Assembly (NCBI GenBank): GCA_965224485.1
Contig: CBDCZH010000016.1
Coordinates: forward strand, 64,001-128,000
Length of the DNA: 64,000 nt
Source: Arcobacteraceae bacterium
GTDB lineage: Bacteria; Campylobacterota; Campylobacteria; Campylobacterales; Arcobacteraceae
Direction of reading: 5' to 3'
Both the position numbers and the translations under genes were made by a program. The notes under the pieces are model-generated. The model made no database searches. It was not told the DNA's origin and saw nothing but the letters and a program-made list of their open reading frames with translations. Position 1 is the first letter of the stretch; the number at the start of each line of letters is the position of its first letter. This document shows positions 20,425 through 32,100 of the stretch, piece after piece.

Positions 20425-21894
20425 ATGAATAATATAAGCAAACAGAATACAAATCAAAAAATAAATACATTAACACCCCATCAAAATAAGATTTTTACTT
20501 CTGCTATATCTTTAATAGAATCAAGAGTAACAAGTATCTTAAAAACTGACGATATTCAAGATTATATGCTCAGTCTCACTGGAGCAGCAGGAACTGGAAA
20601 AACATATTTAACGTCACAAATAGCACAATACTTAAGAGATAAAAGAGATGGTGATTTTAGCTTTATTATAACAGCACCAACACATAAAGCCGTTTCTGTA
20701 ATAGCACAAATGTTAAGAAAAAATAAAATACAGGCATCTTGCAAAACAATTCATTCTTTTTTAGGTATTAAACCATTTAGAGATTTTGATAAAGGAATTG
20801 AAACTTTTAAAGTTGATAAAACAAAAAAAACTTATGACACGGCATCAATACTAATAGTAGATGAAAGTTCTATGATTGGTTCAGAACTATTTGAATATAT
20901 TAAAGAAGCAATAGAAGAAGAGAGAGTAAAATTTGTATTTTTTATAGGTGATCCTTATCAATTATTACCTGTAAATAATAGTGAAAATGAAATATATACC
21001 TTAAAAAATCAATTAAAACTAGAAGAAGTAGTAAGGCAAGCAAAAGATTCTTATATAATAAAAATAGCTTCAAAACTAAGAGAGCGCATAGCTAATAAAG
21101 ATTATATTCCACTTAGTGAATTTTTTAGCGAAAATTATCATGAAGATTTACAATTTTTTAATAATCATAAAGATTTTATAGAAAACTTTCATAAAAATGA
21201 AGAATGGTTTAGGGAAGATAAGATAATTGCAACATATAAAAACAAAGATGTTGATTCCTTTAATAAATTAATACGCTCAAAATTTTGGGAACAAAAAGAG
21301 GTACTTAGTCCTCCTAGTTTTTTAGCAGGAGATACACTTAGATTTAAAGAAGCTTATGGCATAAATAATATATCTTTGTATCATAATGGTCAAATAGTAG
21401 AACTGCAAAGTGCTATTTTAAAGTATCACGAAAGTTTAGAAATACAGTATTGGGAATGTAGAGAACTAGGTACTTTTGAACAACAAGTTTTTAGAGTACT
21501 AGAACCTAGCAGCGTTAAAGTTTTTAATGATAAATTAAAACATATAGTTACTTTAGCAAAAAGATCAAAACATCCAAAAAGAAAAGAGTTATGGGAAACA
21601 TATTATTCGGTTAGAGATATGTTTGCAGATGTACAATACGTTCATTCCTCAACAATTCATAAACTACAAGGAAGTACTCACCATACTGCATATATAGATC
21701 TTTTTTCTTTATCTAATAATGTATATATGAGTGATGAAGAAAAATATAGATTAACATATGTTGCAATTACGAGAGCAAGTAAAGATATAAAGATATTTAT
21801 GCCTAGTTTTTCAATATCTCATAAAAAAGTACTCGTAAATGTTATAGATGAATTTAATATTATTGATAATATGTTAAAAAATTTAAAAATTTAA
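20425..21894 (+). CDS. SF1B DNA helicase, Dda/RecD-like, standalone
   Basis: GAAGTGKT, TAPTHKA, TIHSFL, IVDESSM, IGDPYQLLPV, EVVRQ, TIHKLQGST, YVAITRA. Confidence 0.88.
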   Translation: MNNISKQNTNQKINTLTPHQNKIFTSAISLIESRVTSILKTDDIQDYMLSLTGAAGTGKTYLTSQIAQYLRDKRDGDFSFIITAPTHKAVSVIAQMLRKNKIQASCKTIHSFLGIKPFRDFDKGIETFKVDKTKKTYDTASILIVDESSMIGSELFEYIKEAIEEERVKFVFFIGDPYQLLPVNNSENEIYTLKNQLKLEEVVRQAKDSYIIKIASKLRERIANKDYIPLSEFFSENYHEDLQFFNNHKDFIENFHKNEEWFREDKIIATYKNKDVDSFNKLIRSKFWEQKEVLSPPSFLAGDTLRFKEAYGINNISLYHNGQIVELQSAILKYHESLEIQYWECRELGTFEQQVFRVLEPSSVKVFNDKLKHIVTLAKRSKHPKRKELWETYYSVRDMFADVQYVHSSTIHKLQGSTHHTAYIDLFSLSNNVYMSDEEKYRLTYVAITRASKDIKIFMPSFSISHKKVLVNVIDEFNIIDNMLKNLKI

Positions 21895-22148
21895 ATCAAA
21901 TGTATTTAAAGATTTCTTTCTTCATTTTATTATTAATATTTTATAGGTATTGTCTATTTTCAACTAGAATAAAGAAAATAATAATAAATAATTATTCTCT
22001 TAAGAATAAGCATATAATTATAGTATAAAGAATTTAAGAACTTATTTTTTCTAGTATTATAAGCTAAACTTATAATTTACTTATGTAAAACATAAGTATT
22101 GTTTATATATAATTCCAGTAAATTATATACTTTTTAGAAGGAAATCCT

Positions 22149-23537
22149 TTGAATACAGAAAAACCGAAAAGTTTAATCAAAAAAACATCTTTTAGAATAA
22201 AAAGATATTATGCTTATGCACTAGTTAGTATTTTTTCATTAGTAGTACCTTTTATTACTATAAATGGAAATCACATATTTTTATTATCATTTGATAAAAA
22301 ACAATTACATTTAATGGGTGTTGCATTTGATATGCAAGAATTATATATTTTACCATTTTTATTAATGCTACTTTTTTTAGGTATTTTTGCAGCTACTGCA
22401 ATTGGTGGAAGAGCTTGGTGTGGATGGGCCTGTCCTCAGACAATTTTTAGAGTAATATATAGAGATTTAATAGAATCAACACTCTTAAAATTAAGACGAA
22501 TTAAAAATAAACAAAAAGAACCAGATTTAACTAAGGCACAAAATGCTTCTAAAAAACTTTTAGGGATTATTTTATGGTCTGTTTTAGCTTTAATTGCTGC
22601 TTCTGATTTTGTATGGTATTTTGTACCTCCTGAAGATTTTTTTGAGTATTTAAAAAATCCTCTTGAGCATAGTTTATTATTTGGAATAGTTTTAGGAACA
22701 GCTGCTTTTATTATTTATGATGTAGTAAAACTAAAAGAAGATTTTTGTATTTATGTCTGTCCTTATTCAAGAGTTCAATCTGTTTTATATGATGAGAATA
22801 CATTACAAGCTATTTATTCTACTAACAGAGGTGGAGAAATCTATAATCAAGATAAAGATAAAATCATATTTAAAGCAAAAGATTTTGTAGAAGAAAAAAG
22901 TGAATGTACAACCTGTGAAGCCTGTGTTACAGTTTGCCCTACTCATATTGATATAAGAAAAGGCTCACAATTGGAGTGCATAAACTGTCTTGAGTGTGTT
23001 GATGCCTGTACAACAGTTATGGGAAAACTTGGAAAACCTTCTTTAGTTCAATGGACAAGTACAAATGAGATAAAAAATAGTATTACTACAAAGTTTTTTA
23101 GAAAAACAACTATTATGTATGGAGTTGTTTTACTTATTATTATTTCACTTATGTTTGTAATGGGTGGGAAGAAGGAGTATATGCTATTAAATATTAATAA
23201 AACTACTCAATTATATAAAATAAAAGAAAATAATCTTGTAACAAATAACTTCTTACTTCTTTTCCAAAATACTGATTCTGTAAAACATAAATATAATTTA
23301 GAGATTATGGATAATAAAGATATATATATTAAGCGTTTTAGACCTTTTAACCTAAGTCCTAGAAAACTTACGAGAAAAGTTCTTGTTTTAGCAACAAGTA
23401 AAAGATTAGTTAATGATAATACAAAAGATACTCCAATAACTGTAACAATTAAAGCATATGCAATAGATGATCCTGAACGAATAATTGTTTTTAGAAAAGC
23501 AGTATTTATTTATCCAAGAGCTGATAAACTACAATAA
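22149..23537 (+). CDS. ccoG: Cytochrome c oxidase accessory protein CcoG (FixG family)
   Basis: GRAWCGWACPQT, FCIYVCPYSRVQS, CTTCEACVTVCPTHIDIR, ECINCLECVDAC. Confidence 0.93.
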   Translation: MNTEKPKSLIKKTSFRIKRYYAYALVSIFSLVVPFITINGNHIFLLSFDKKQLHLMGVAFDMQELYILPFLLMLLFLGIFAATAIGGRAWCGWACPQTIFRVIYRDLIESTLLKLRRIKNKQKEPDLTKAQNASKKLLGIILWSVLALIAASDFVWYFVPPEDFFEYLKNPLEHSLLFGIVLGTAAFIIYDVVKLKEDFCIYVCPYSRVQSVLYDENTLQAIYSTNRGGEIYNQDKDKIIFKAKDFVEEKSECTTCEACVTVCPTHIDIRKGSQLECINCLECVDACTTVMGKLGKPSLVQWTSTNEIKNSITTKFFRKTTIMYGVVLLIIISLMFVMGGKKEYMLLNINKTTQLYKIKENNLVTNNFLLLFQNTDSVKHKYNLEIMDNKDIYIKRFRPFNLSPRKLTRKVLVLATSKRLVNDNTKDTPITVTIKAYAIDDPERIIVFRKAVFIYPRADKLQ

Positions 23538-23546
23538 TTTTCTTTG

Positions 23547-23581
23547 AAAATATCTTGAGAATAGTTTTCTCAAGATATTTT
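23547..23581 (+). terminator. Intrinsic terminator after ccoG
   Basis: AAAATATCTTGAGAA / TTCTCAAGATATTTT inverted repeat. Confidence 0.65.
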
Positions 23582-23665
23582 ACAATCTTTTTTTAACCCT
23601 CTCTTAACCTTTCCTTGGCTATAATCGCGCTTAAATAACAAGATAATATAACGAGGTATTAGTAA

Positions 23666-25282
23666 ATGACAAAATTTATTTTTGTAACGGGTGGAGTTTT
23701 AAGTTCACTAGGAAAAGGTATTACATCAGCATCTATTGCTACAATTTTAAAACAATCAGGGTTTAATGTTTCAATGTTAAAAATTGACCCTTATTTAAAT
23801 GTTGATCCAGGAACTATGAGTCCTTTAGAGCATGGAGAAGTATTTGTAACAGCAGATGGTGCTGAAACAGATTTAGATGTAGGACATTATGAAAGATTTA
23901 TTGATACCACTTTAGGCGCAAAAAACAACTTTACTACTGGTCAAGTTTATCAAAGCGTTTTAAAAAGAGAGAGAGAAGGTGGCTATTTAGGTAAAACTAT
24001 TCAAGTAGTTCCTCATATCGTTGATGAAATTAAAACAAGAATTTTCGCAGCTGCTGATGATCATGATTTTTTACTTGTTGAATTAGGTGGTACTGTTGGT
24101 GATATTGAAGGTTTACCTTTTATGGAAGCAATTAGAGAAATAAGACATGAATTAGATAATGATAGAACCATGAATATTCATGTAACTTTAATACCATATA
24201 TAAGAGCAGCAGGTGAGCTTAAAACAAAACCAACACAACATGGTGTTCAAGAATTAAGAAGAATTGGTATTACCCCTCATATGTTAGTTTGTAGAACAGA
24301 GCAGACTTTACCAAAAGATTTAAAGAAAAAACTAGCTATGTCATGTGATGTTGCTAATAATGCAATTATAGAAGCAAGTGATGCGCCTTCAATTTATCAA
24401 GTTCCTTTAAACTTTATAAAAGAAGGAATTTTAGCTCCTTTATCAGATCATTTTAATGTTAAAATTAAACCAGATATGGAAAAATGGGAAACTTTAGTTA
24501 AGCAAATTCTACTTCCAAAAGATGAAATCACTATTGCTTTTGTAGGTAAATACTTAGAGCTAAAAGAATCTTATAAATCTTTAACAGAAGCCTTGATTCA
24601 TGCAGGAGCTCATGTAAATACTAAGGTTAATATTAACTGGTGTGATTCTGAGCGCATTGAAGATGTTGGAGCTTATGAAATTATTGGAAACTCAGATGCT
24701 GTTTTAGTTGCAGGTGGGTTTGGACAAAGAGGCGTTGAAGGTAAACTTAAAGCTATTGAATATGCAAGAGAAAACGAGATTACTTATTTAGGAATTTGTT
24801 TAGGTATGCAATTAGCTGTTATTGAGTATGCTAAAAATGTTTTAGGTTTAGAAGATGCTAACTCTATTGAGTTTGATAAAGAAACAAAAGATCCATTAAT
24901 TTATTTAATTGATGAATTCATTGACCAAAGTGGAAATACACAATTAAGAACACATGAGTCACCAATGGGTGGAACTATGCGTTTAGGTGAGTATCCATTT
25001 AACCCTAAAGAGGGAACTAAGATAAAAGAAGCTTATGGAAACAATGAAACATATTTTGAAAGACATAGACATAGATATGAAGTAAATCCTCACTACAAAA
25101 CAGAACTAGAAAAAGCAGGAATGATTATTTCAGGAGATTCTGATGGATTAATTGAAACAATTGAAATAAAAGATCATCCTTGGTTTGTAGGTGTTCAATT
25201 TCATCCAGAATTTACATCTCATTTAGAAACGCCAAATCCAATTATTTTAAACTTTGTAAAAGAAGCTTTAAAAAGAAAATAA
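23666..25282 (+). CDS. pyrG: CTP synthase
   Basis: KFIFVTGGVLSSLGKG, DPGTMSP, KTKPTQH, GICLGMQ, ERHRHRYE, QFHPEF. Confidence 0.98.
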   Translation: MTKFIFVTGGVLSSLGKGITSASIATILKQSGFNVSMLKIDPYLNVDPGTMSPLEHGEVFVTADGAETDLDVGHYERFIDTTLGAKNNFTTGQVYQSVLKREREGGYLGKTIQVVPHIVDEIKTRIFAAADDHDFLLVELGGTVGDIEGLPFMEAIREIRHELDNDRTMNIHVTLIPYIRAAGELKTKPTQHGVQELRRIGITPHMLVCRTEQTLPKDLKKKLAMSCDVANNAIIEASDAPSIYQVPLNFIKEGILAPLSDHFNVKIKPDMEKWETLVKQILLPKDEITIAFVGKYLELKESYKSLTEALIHAGAHVNTKVNINWCDSERIEDVGAYEIIGNSDAVLVAGGFGQRGVEGKLKAIEYARENEITYLGICLGMQLAVIEYAKNVLGLEDANSIEFDKETKDPLIYLIDEFIDQSGNTQLRTHESPMGGTMRLGEYPFNPKEGTKIKEAYGNNETYFERHRHRYEVNPHYKTELEKAGMIISGDSDGLIETIEIKDHPWFVGVQFHPEFTSHLETPNPIILNFVKEALKRK

Positions 25283-26847
25283 TGCAAAAAGTTAATAAAA
25301 AAGAACTTTTTGATATCTTAAGCGCAAGACATGAAAATAATGAATTTTCTCGTCTTGCCGATATTCCTAATCCAAATACTTTTAAAGATATTACTAAAGC
25401 TACACAAAGAGTAAAACAAGCAATTTTAAATAATGAAACAATTACAATAGTTGGTGATTATGATGTTGATGGAGTTGTTTCAACAACAATTATGCTTGAT
25501 TTTTTTAGTAAGATTTCATATAAAGTTAATCATATAATTCCTAATAGATTTACTCATGGTTATGGATTATCTCCTAAAATAGTAGAGCTTATTCATTCAG
25601 GTCTTGTAATAACCGTTGATAATGGTATATCAGCAGTACAAGCAACAAAACTTTTAAATGATAAGAATATTGATGTTATTATTACAGACCATCATACAGT
25701 TGGCGAGAATATCCCTGAAGCCTATGCTATTATAAATCCAAAACAAAAAGATTGTCCTTTTATTTTTAAAGAAATTTGTGGAGCACAAGTTGCTTGGTAT
25801 TTTTGTGCAAGTATAAAAAAAGCCTTAGCTAAAAATGTAAATATGGGTGATTTTTTAGACCTCTTATGCATAGCTATAATTGCTGATATTATGCCAATGA
25901 CAAGTTTAAACTATACTATGGTTAAGATCGGTTTACAAAAAATAAAAAGCTCTAAAAGACCTGCTTTAATTGAGTTACAAAATATAATGAGAAAAGAAGT
26001 ATTTGTTTCTGATGATATAGGTTTTTTTATTGCTCCTAAGATTAATAGTGCAGGAAGAATGGAAGATGCTTCTTTAGCAGTAGATTTTTTACTAGCAAAA
26101 AATTCTTATGAGGCACAAAATGCCTTAGAAGTTTTAGAAGAGTTAAACAACTTAAGAAAAACTATTCAAGAAGAAATTACAAATAAAGCGAAACTAGAAA
26201 CAAGAAATGAGGATAAAGCCTCAATAGTTTGGGGTGAAGATTGGCATGAGGGTGTTATAGGTATTGTAGCTTCCAAACTAGCTCATCTTTATAAAAGACC
26301 AGCTTTTGTTTTTTCCATTACAAATGGAATAGCAAAAGGAAGTGCAAGAGCAAATGCAAGTATTAATCTTCATGCAATTATATCTCAAGCAAAAGATTTA
26401 CTCTTAGGTTTTGGAGGGCATAAAAATGCAGCTGGATTGTCTTTAAAAGAAGAGAACCTACCTGCTTTTAAAGAACTTATAAATAAAGCATTAGATGATG
26501 ATTCTTATACCTTACATATAGAACCTATAACCCTAGGTGAGTTAGATGTAGCTTGTGTTGATGTTGAGTTTTTAGATTTAATAGAAAAGTTTGAACCTTA
26601 TGGGTCCCAAAATCCAAAACCAATTTTTAAAATATCAAATGCAAAACTTTTACGCTGTGAACTTTTTGGAAGAGATAAAAACCATTTAAAACTTATATTA
26701 AACTATGAGGGAATTGTTTTTGAAGCCTTAAAATTTTACTGCGAAGACATGTATAATGAAGATAAAATATCTTTAATACTTAGTGTTAGTAAAAATATTT
26801 TTAGAGGAGAGACTAAAGCGCAGTTCTTAGTGCAAGATATTTTATAG
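25282..26847 (+). CDS. recJ: Single-stranded-DNA exonuclease RecJ
   Basis: Start MQKV coupled to the pyrG stop (TAATG); GDYDVDG, TVDNG, TDHH, APKINSAGR, GSAR, GGHKNAAG. Confidence 0.95.
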   Translation: MQKVNKKELFDILSARHENNEFSRLADIPNPNTFKDITKATQRVKQAILNNETITIVGDYDVDGVVSTTIMLDFFSKISYKVNHIIPNRFTHGYGLSPKIVELIHSGLVITVDNGISAVQATKLLNDKNIDVIITDHHTVGENIPEAYAIINPKQKDCPFIFKEICGAQVAWYFCASIKKALAKNVNMGDFLDLLCIAIIADIMPMTSLNYTMVKIGLQKIKSSKRPALIELQNIMRKEVFVSDDIGFFIAPKINSAGRMEDASLAVDFLLAKNSYEAQNALEVLEELNNLRKTIQEEITNKAKLETRNEDKASIVWGEDWHEGVIGIVASKLAHLYKRPAFVFSITNGIAKGSARANASINLHAIISQAKDLLLGFGGHKNAAGLSLKEENLPAFKELINKALDDDSYTLHIEPITLGELDVACVDVEFLDLIEKFEPYGSQNPKPIFKISNAKLLRCELFGRDKNHLKLILNYEGIVFEALKFYCEDMYNEDKISLILSVSKNIFRGETKAQFLVQDIL

Positions 26848-26859
26848 TTTTAAAATATC

Positions 26860-27429
26860 TTATAAAACTAAGGGCGCGAATATTTGTCTTCTTCTTTTAT
26901 CTGTACGTTCTAAGTCCCAAATCTCTTTATTTATTATCATAGTATCATTTGATGAACTTAAAATATGCCCTGTTCTTATATCTATTAGTTTTATAAATAC
27001 AATTAGTCTTTTAGTTGTAACAGTATATGTTCCAACAAGAGCATAAAGTGCCTCACCAATTTCTGTATTAATTCTTTTTTGATCTCTTGTCAAAAGATTA
27101 AAACCATGTTTACCAATAGTAAACTGCTTTCCTAATTCAACTTCTCTTATAATTATATCTTTTGAAGATAGAGCATCTTTAAGTGTTTCTGATAATAAAA
27201 AACCTAGTTTTGAATGATTTTGCAAGTTATCTAAATTAACAAAATCAGATACTAAAACAACATCATCAATAGCTATATTTTTTTTAAGTTTAGAAGAAGA
27301 CTTATCAACCATATTATAAACTAATTGTTGGAAGTTATTAGAACCATCTATATTCTTATATATACAAGAAGTAAATAAAAACATGAAAACAAAAGGAAGT
27401 AAGATTAATTTAATTTTTTTCATTTTCAT
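26860..27429 (-). CDS. FlgO-domain outer membrane lipoprotein
   Basis: Lipobox FTSC; VLVSDFVNLDNL, LTRD, LVGTYTV, KLIDIRTGHILSS resemble the FlgO domain. Confidence 0.75.
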   Translation of the reverse strand: MKMKKIKLILLPFVFMFLFTSCIYKNIDGSNNFQQLVYNMVDKSSSKLKKNIAIDDVVLVSDFVNLDNLQNHSKLGFLLSETLKDALSSKDIIIREVELGKQFTIGKHGFNLLTRDQKRINTEIGEALYALVGTYTVTTKRLIVFIKLIDIRTGHILSSSNDTMIINKEIWDLERTDKRRRQIFAPLVL

Positions 27430-27438
27430 GTTTTACTT

Positions 27439-28092
27439 TTATTCTTGAATAATTTTAATTGTTCGAGGAGGTCTACAATCTTTAAAAATAACACAATCAT
27501 TTCTTAATCCATGAGCATAAGTTGCTCTTGCACTTGAAATAATTTGACCAGTTAAGTTATCAATTACTCTTGCATTTAACATTATTTTTCCAAATTGTCT
27601 AGAATAAGTTCCTACAACTACATAAGTATTTGGAATTTGATCTTTTAATTTATCAATATTTCTTGTTATAAAATATTCACCTTGCGCATTTATAGAAACA
27701 GCTACTTGCCCTCTAAATTCAATAACATTAAAACCCTTATTTGATAAATCGTTAATTAAACTTTCACTAACAATTCGACCAAACTCAGTAGTTTTCTTCA
27801 AGTTATCAAGTCTTACAAAAGAAGTAATTAGAACTGCTCTATTCGATTTGATTTTTTGATTTTGCATCATTTGAGTAGATAAAGAAGTAATAGTATTCTC
27901 TAGAGTCATTTGATTAACAACATGGCTAGAGTTATCAACTGCAATTCGTAAGTGTTCTTTTGTTGTTTGAACTTTAGTGTCTTCTTGTAAAGTACTACTG
28001 TTTTTCCCACTAGGTGCGTTATTAGCAAGTAAAGTACTTGTAAGAAGTAAAGTACTTAAAGCTACTAACGGATATCTTAATAATTTAAACAT
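27439..28092 (-). CDS. FlgO-domain exported protein
   Basis: Signal peptide; VLITSFVRLDNL, FGRIVSESL, GEYFITR, VVVGTYS, NARVIDNLTGQIISSA. Confidence 0.78.
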   Translation of the reverse strand: MFKLLRYPLVALSTLLLTSTLLANNAPSGKNSSTLQEDTKVQTTKEHLRIAVDNSSHVVNQMTLENTITSLSTQMMQNQKIKSNRAVLITSFVRLDNLKKTTEFGRIVSESLINDLSNKGFNVIEFRGQVAVSINAQGEYFITRNIDKLKDQIPNTYVVVGTYSRQFGKIMLNARVIDNLTGQIISSARATYAHGLRNDCVIFKDCRPPRTIKIIQE

Positions 28093-28327
28093 TAAATTTC
28101 CCCTTTATCATTTGTTATATGATTTTATTTAAATGTAACTTATAAAGCCTTGAAGAAGGACTTTATTATCCTATTTATGGTCTTTGATAGAAGAAAATAA
28201 TTAATATTATTTACTATTTAAACTAAGATAAAGAAAGGGATACTATAAATTTTATATATGGAATATTTCAATAAGTTATAAAATGTCATAATATCTAGAC
28301 ATTAAAATAAAAAAGAGTACATAAAAA

Positions 28328-29095
28328 ATGAAAATAGCATTAGTTTTAAGTGGAGGAGGAGCAAAAGGAGCTTTTCATCTAGGTATTTTAACTTTTTTAG
28401 AAGAACAAAAAATAGAAATTTCTGCTTATAGTGCTACTTCTATTGGCAGTATCATAGCTTGCTCTCACGCAAGTGAAGTTCCAGCTAGAGAACAGCTAAA
28501 GATATTTAAATCAGCTGAACTTAAAAGTATTATAAAATTTAATTATTTTAAAAAAGGTTTGTTAAGAATCAATCATGAAAGTAAAATTATAAAAGAACTT
28601 TTACCTCTTGAAAACTTAGAAGATTTAAAAAAAGAAGTTTATATAAATGCTTATGATTTAAAGCAAAAAAAATTACACTATTTCAATAAAGGAAATATTA
28701 TCTCTTTATGTCTTGCTTCTTCTGCTTTGATTCCTATGTTTAGACCAATTAGTTACAAAAACATGTCCTTAATAGATGGAGGATTATTTGATAATATTCC
28801 TATTAAACCTTTATTAAACAAAGACTATAAGATACTATCTTTAGACGTAATGCCAAGAACAAAAAGTTTAAATAAAACAAGTTTAAATCCTATTAAATTT
28901 ATCAAAAAAAAGATTTTTAGAGATTTACATAAAAATATAAATTTTTCAATTAAACATAGTGATTATTATCTCACATCTTTAGCTCTAAGAGAATTTAAAC
29001 TATTAAGTTTAAAAGATTTAGATGCTTGTTATAAAATTGGATATAAAGAAGCACAAATTCAATTAAAAGATTTTTTAAAAAACTACAATAATTAA
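28328..29095 (+). CDS. Patatin-like phospholipase
   Basis: LVLSGGGAKG, ATSIG (GxSxG variant), ASSALIPMF, DGG. Confidence 0.9.
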   Translation: MKIALVLSGGGAKGAFHLGILTFLEEQKIEISAYSATSIGSIIACSHASEVPAREQLKIFKSAELKSIIKFNYFKKGLLRINHESKIIKELLPLENLEDLKKEVYINAYDLKQKKLHYFNKGNIISLCLASSALIPMFRPISYKNMSLIDGGLFDNIPIKPLLNKDYKILSLDVMPRTKSLNKTSLNPIKFIKKKIFRDLHKNINFSIKHSDYYLTSLALREFKLLSLKDLDACYKIGYKEAQIQLKDFLKNYNN

Positions 29096-29140
29096 TTATA
29101 AATCTTCTTTAAAATATAAATTTTCTTTTAAAGACCCATT

Positions 29141-29149
29141 TGTTATAAT
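29141..29149 (+). promoter_or_regulatory. Extended -10 promoter for dnaE
   Basis: TGTTATAAT 35 nt upstream of the ATG. Confidence 0.55.
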
Positions 29150-29183
29150 CGCATATATTAAGAATAAAAATGAAAAGAAGATA

Positions 29184-32100
29184 ATGTCAGAAATACCTCA
29201 ATTTACACATTTACACTTACATACTGAGTACTCACTACTTGATGGTGCCAATAAAATAAAAGTATTGGCTAAAAAAGTAAAAGAAATGGGCATGACTTCT
29301 GTTGCTATGACAGATCATGGAAATATGTTTGGGGCAATTGATTTTTATAATGCTATGAATAAAGTAGGAGTTAAACCTATTATTGGAATGGAAGCTTATA
29401 TTCATAATTCAGAAGAACTTGGAGATAAGTCAACAAGACAAAGATTTCATTTATGTTTATATGCTAAAAATGAAATAGGATATAAAAATCTTATGTATTT
29501 GAGTAGCCAAGCTTATATGCACGGATTTTATTACTATCCTAGAATTAATAAAAAACTACTAAGAGAAAATTCAGAAGGGATTGTTTGTTCAGCCGCATGT
29601 TTACAAGGTGAAATCAACTGGCATTTAAATTTAAAAAATGAAAGAAATATTAAAAATGGTGCAAAAGGGTATGAGAGAGCAAAAGAAGTTGCTTTAGAAT
29701 ATAGAGATATATTTGGCGATGACTTTTATCTTGAAATCATGCGTCATGGCATTTCAGATCAACACTATATTGATGATAGCATTTTAAGAATAGCCCACGA
29801 AACTGGTATTAAAGTTGTTGCAACTAATGATACACATTATTCTGAGCAAAAAGATGCAGATGCTCATGAAGCTTTTATGTGTATAGCTATGAATAAACTT
29901 TATGATGATCCAAATAGACTTAGACATAGTGTTCATGAATTTTACTTAAAATCACCAGAACAAATAGCAAAACTTTATGCTGATATTCCAGAAGCAATAG
30001 AAGCAACACAAGAAATTGCTAATAAATGTAATTTGACAATAAAATTAGGAGATCCAACCCCTCCAAATTTCAAGTTTACAAGAACTAAGGCTGCTATTAC
30101 TAACTTAGAGTTACCAGAACCGCAGCTTGAATATTCACTTGAAAATGATAAGATATTATTTATTGATGAGTGTTGGAGAGGTTTAGAAAAACGATTAAAA
30201 ATTGTTAAAGAAGAAAAACATCAAGAGTATAAAGATCGATTACAAGTAGAGATTGATATTATTAATAATATGAAATTTCCAGGTTATATGCTTATTGTTT
30301 GGGATTTTGTTATTGTAGCAAAACAGATGAAAATTCCTGTAGGTCCTGGACGTGGTTCAGCTGCTGGTTCACTTGTAGCTTTTTCACTTGAAATTACAGA
30401 TATCGATCCCATGCCTTATGGTTTGTTATTTGAGCGATTTTTAAATCCAGAACGTATATCAATGCCAGATATTGATATGGATTTCTGTCAAGCTAGACGT
30501 GGTGAAATTATTGATTATGTAGTACAACAATATGGACGTGCAAACGTTGCTCAAATTATTACCTTTGGTAAACTTTTAGCAAAAGGAGTTATTAGAGATG
30601 TTGCACGAGTTTTAGATATGCCTTATTCTAAAGCTGATGCTATGGCTAAATTAATTCCTGATGAATTAGGAATTGATTTAGCAAACTCTTATATTAAAGA
30701 ACCAAAAATAAAAGAGTTATGCGATTCTGATCCTCAAGCAGCTAGAGTTTGGGAATATGCTCTAGCATTAGAAGGACTAAATAGAAATGCAGGAACACAT
30801 GCAGCTGGTGTTGTTATTTCAAATGAACCTTTATGGAATAAAACTCCTTTATTTAAACCCTCAGGTCTTGATACACTTGCAACTCAATATAATGGTAAAT
30901 ATGTTGAAGATGTTGATTTAATCAAGTTTGACTTTTTAGGACTTAAAACATTAACTGTAATTGAAGAAGCGAATAAACTAATAGAAAAAAGACATGGAAA
31001 AAGAATTGATTTTATTAGTGCTGATGTAAATGATAAAGGTGTTTATAACCTAATTCAAACAGGAAATACTATTGGTTTATTTCAAATAGAATCAGATGGT
31101 ATGCAAGATTTATGTAAGCGACTTAAACCTGATAATTTTGAAGATATTATTGCAGTCTTAGCATTATATAGACCAGGTCCAATGGAGTCAGGAATGTTAG
31201 ATGACTTTATTAACAGAAAACATGGCCGGGCCAAAATTGATTATTTTTATGATGAATTCACTGAACCTCTAACTCCTATACTTGAACCTACTTATGGAGT
31301 TATTGTTTATCAAGAGCAAGTTATGCAAATTGTACAAACTATTGGTGGATTTTCACTTGGTGGGGCCGATTTAGTTCGTAGGGCAATGGGTAAAAAAATT
31401 ATTGAAGAGATGGATAGATTAAAAGGTGAGTTTGCCCTTGGTGGAGTTAAAAAAGGTTATAACAAAGAACACTGTGAAGAACTATTTGATTTAATTGTAA
31501 AATTTGCAGGATATGGATTTAATAAATCACATTCAGCTGCTTATGCTATGGTAACTTTTTATACATCTTATTTAAAAAACTATTATCCAACTGAATTTAT
31601 GGCAGCTTTATTAACACTAGAAAAAGATAATACAGATAAAGTTGTAAAATACGTAGATGAAGTAAAAAGATTAAATATTGAGCTTTTTCCACCAGATATA
31701 AATAAATCATTTTTAGTTTTTTCAGCTACTAAAATTGATAAAAAAGAAGTTGTTATGTTTGGTATGGGGGCACTTAAAGGTGCTGGAGATGTTGCGATTA
31801 ATTCTATTTTAAACTCAAGAAAAGAAGGTGGAAACTTTAAAGATTTGCCTGATTTTATTTCAAGAATTGATGGAAGCAAGGTAAATAAAAGAGTAATAGA
31901 AGCCTTAACAAAATCAGGAGCTTTTGATAGTTTTGGCTATTCAAGAAAAGCTATGTTAGAACAAATTGAGATTATTTCAGAAGCGGTATCTAACTCAATG
32001 AAAGCAAAAAAGCAAGCAGTTGGTTCACTTTTTGGGGATGATGAAGAGTTAATTAGAATGGAAGTTAACTTAGAACCTTTAGAAGAGTATACTGCAAAAG

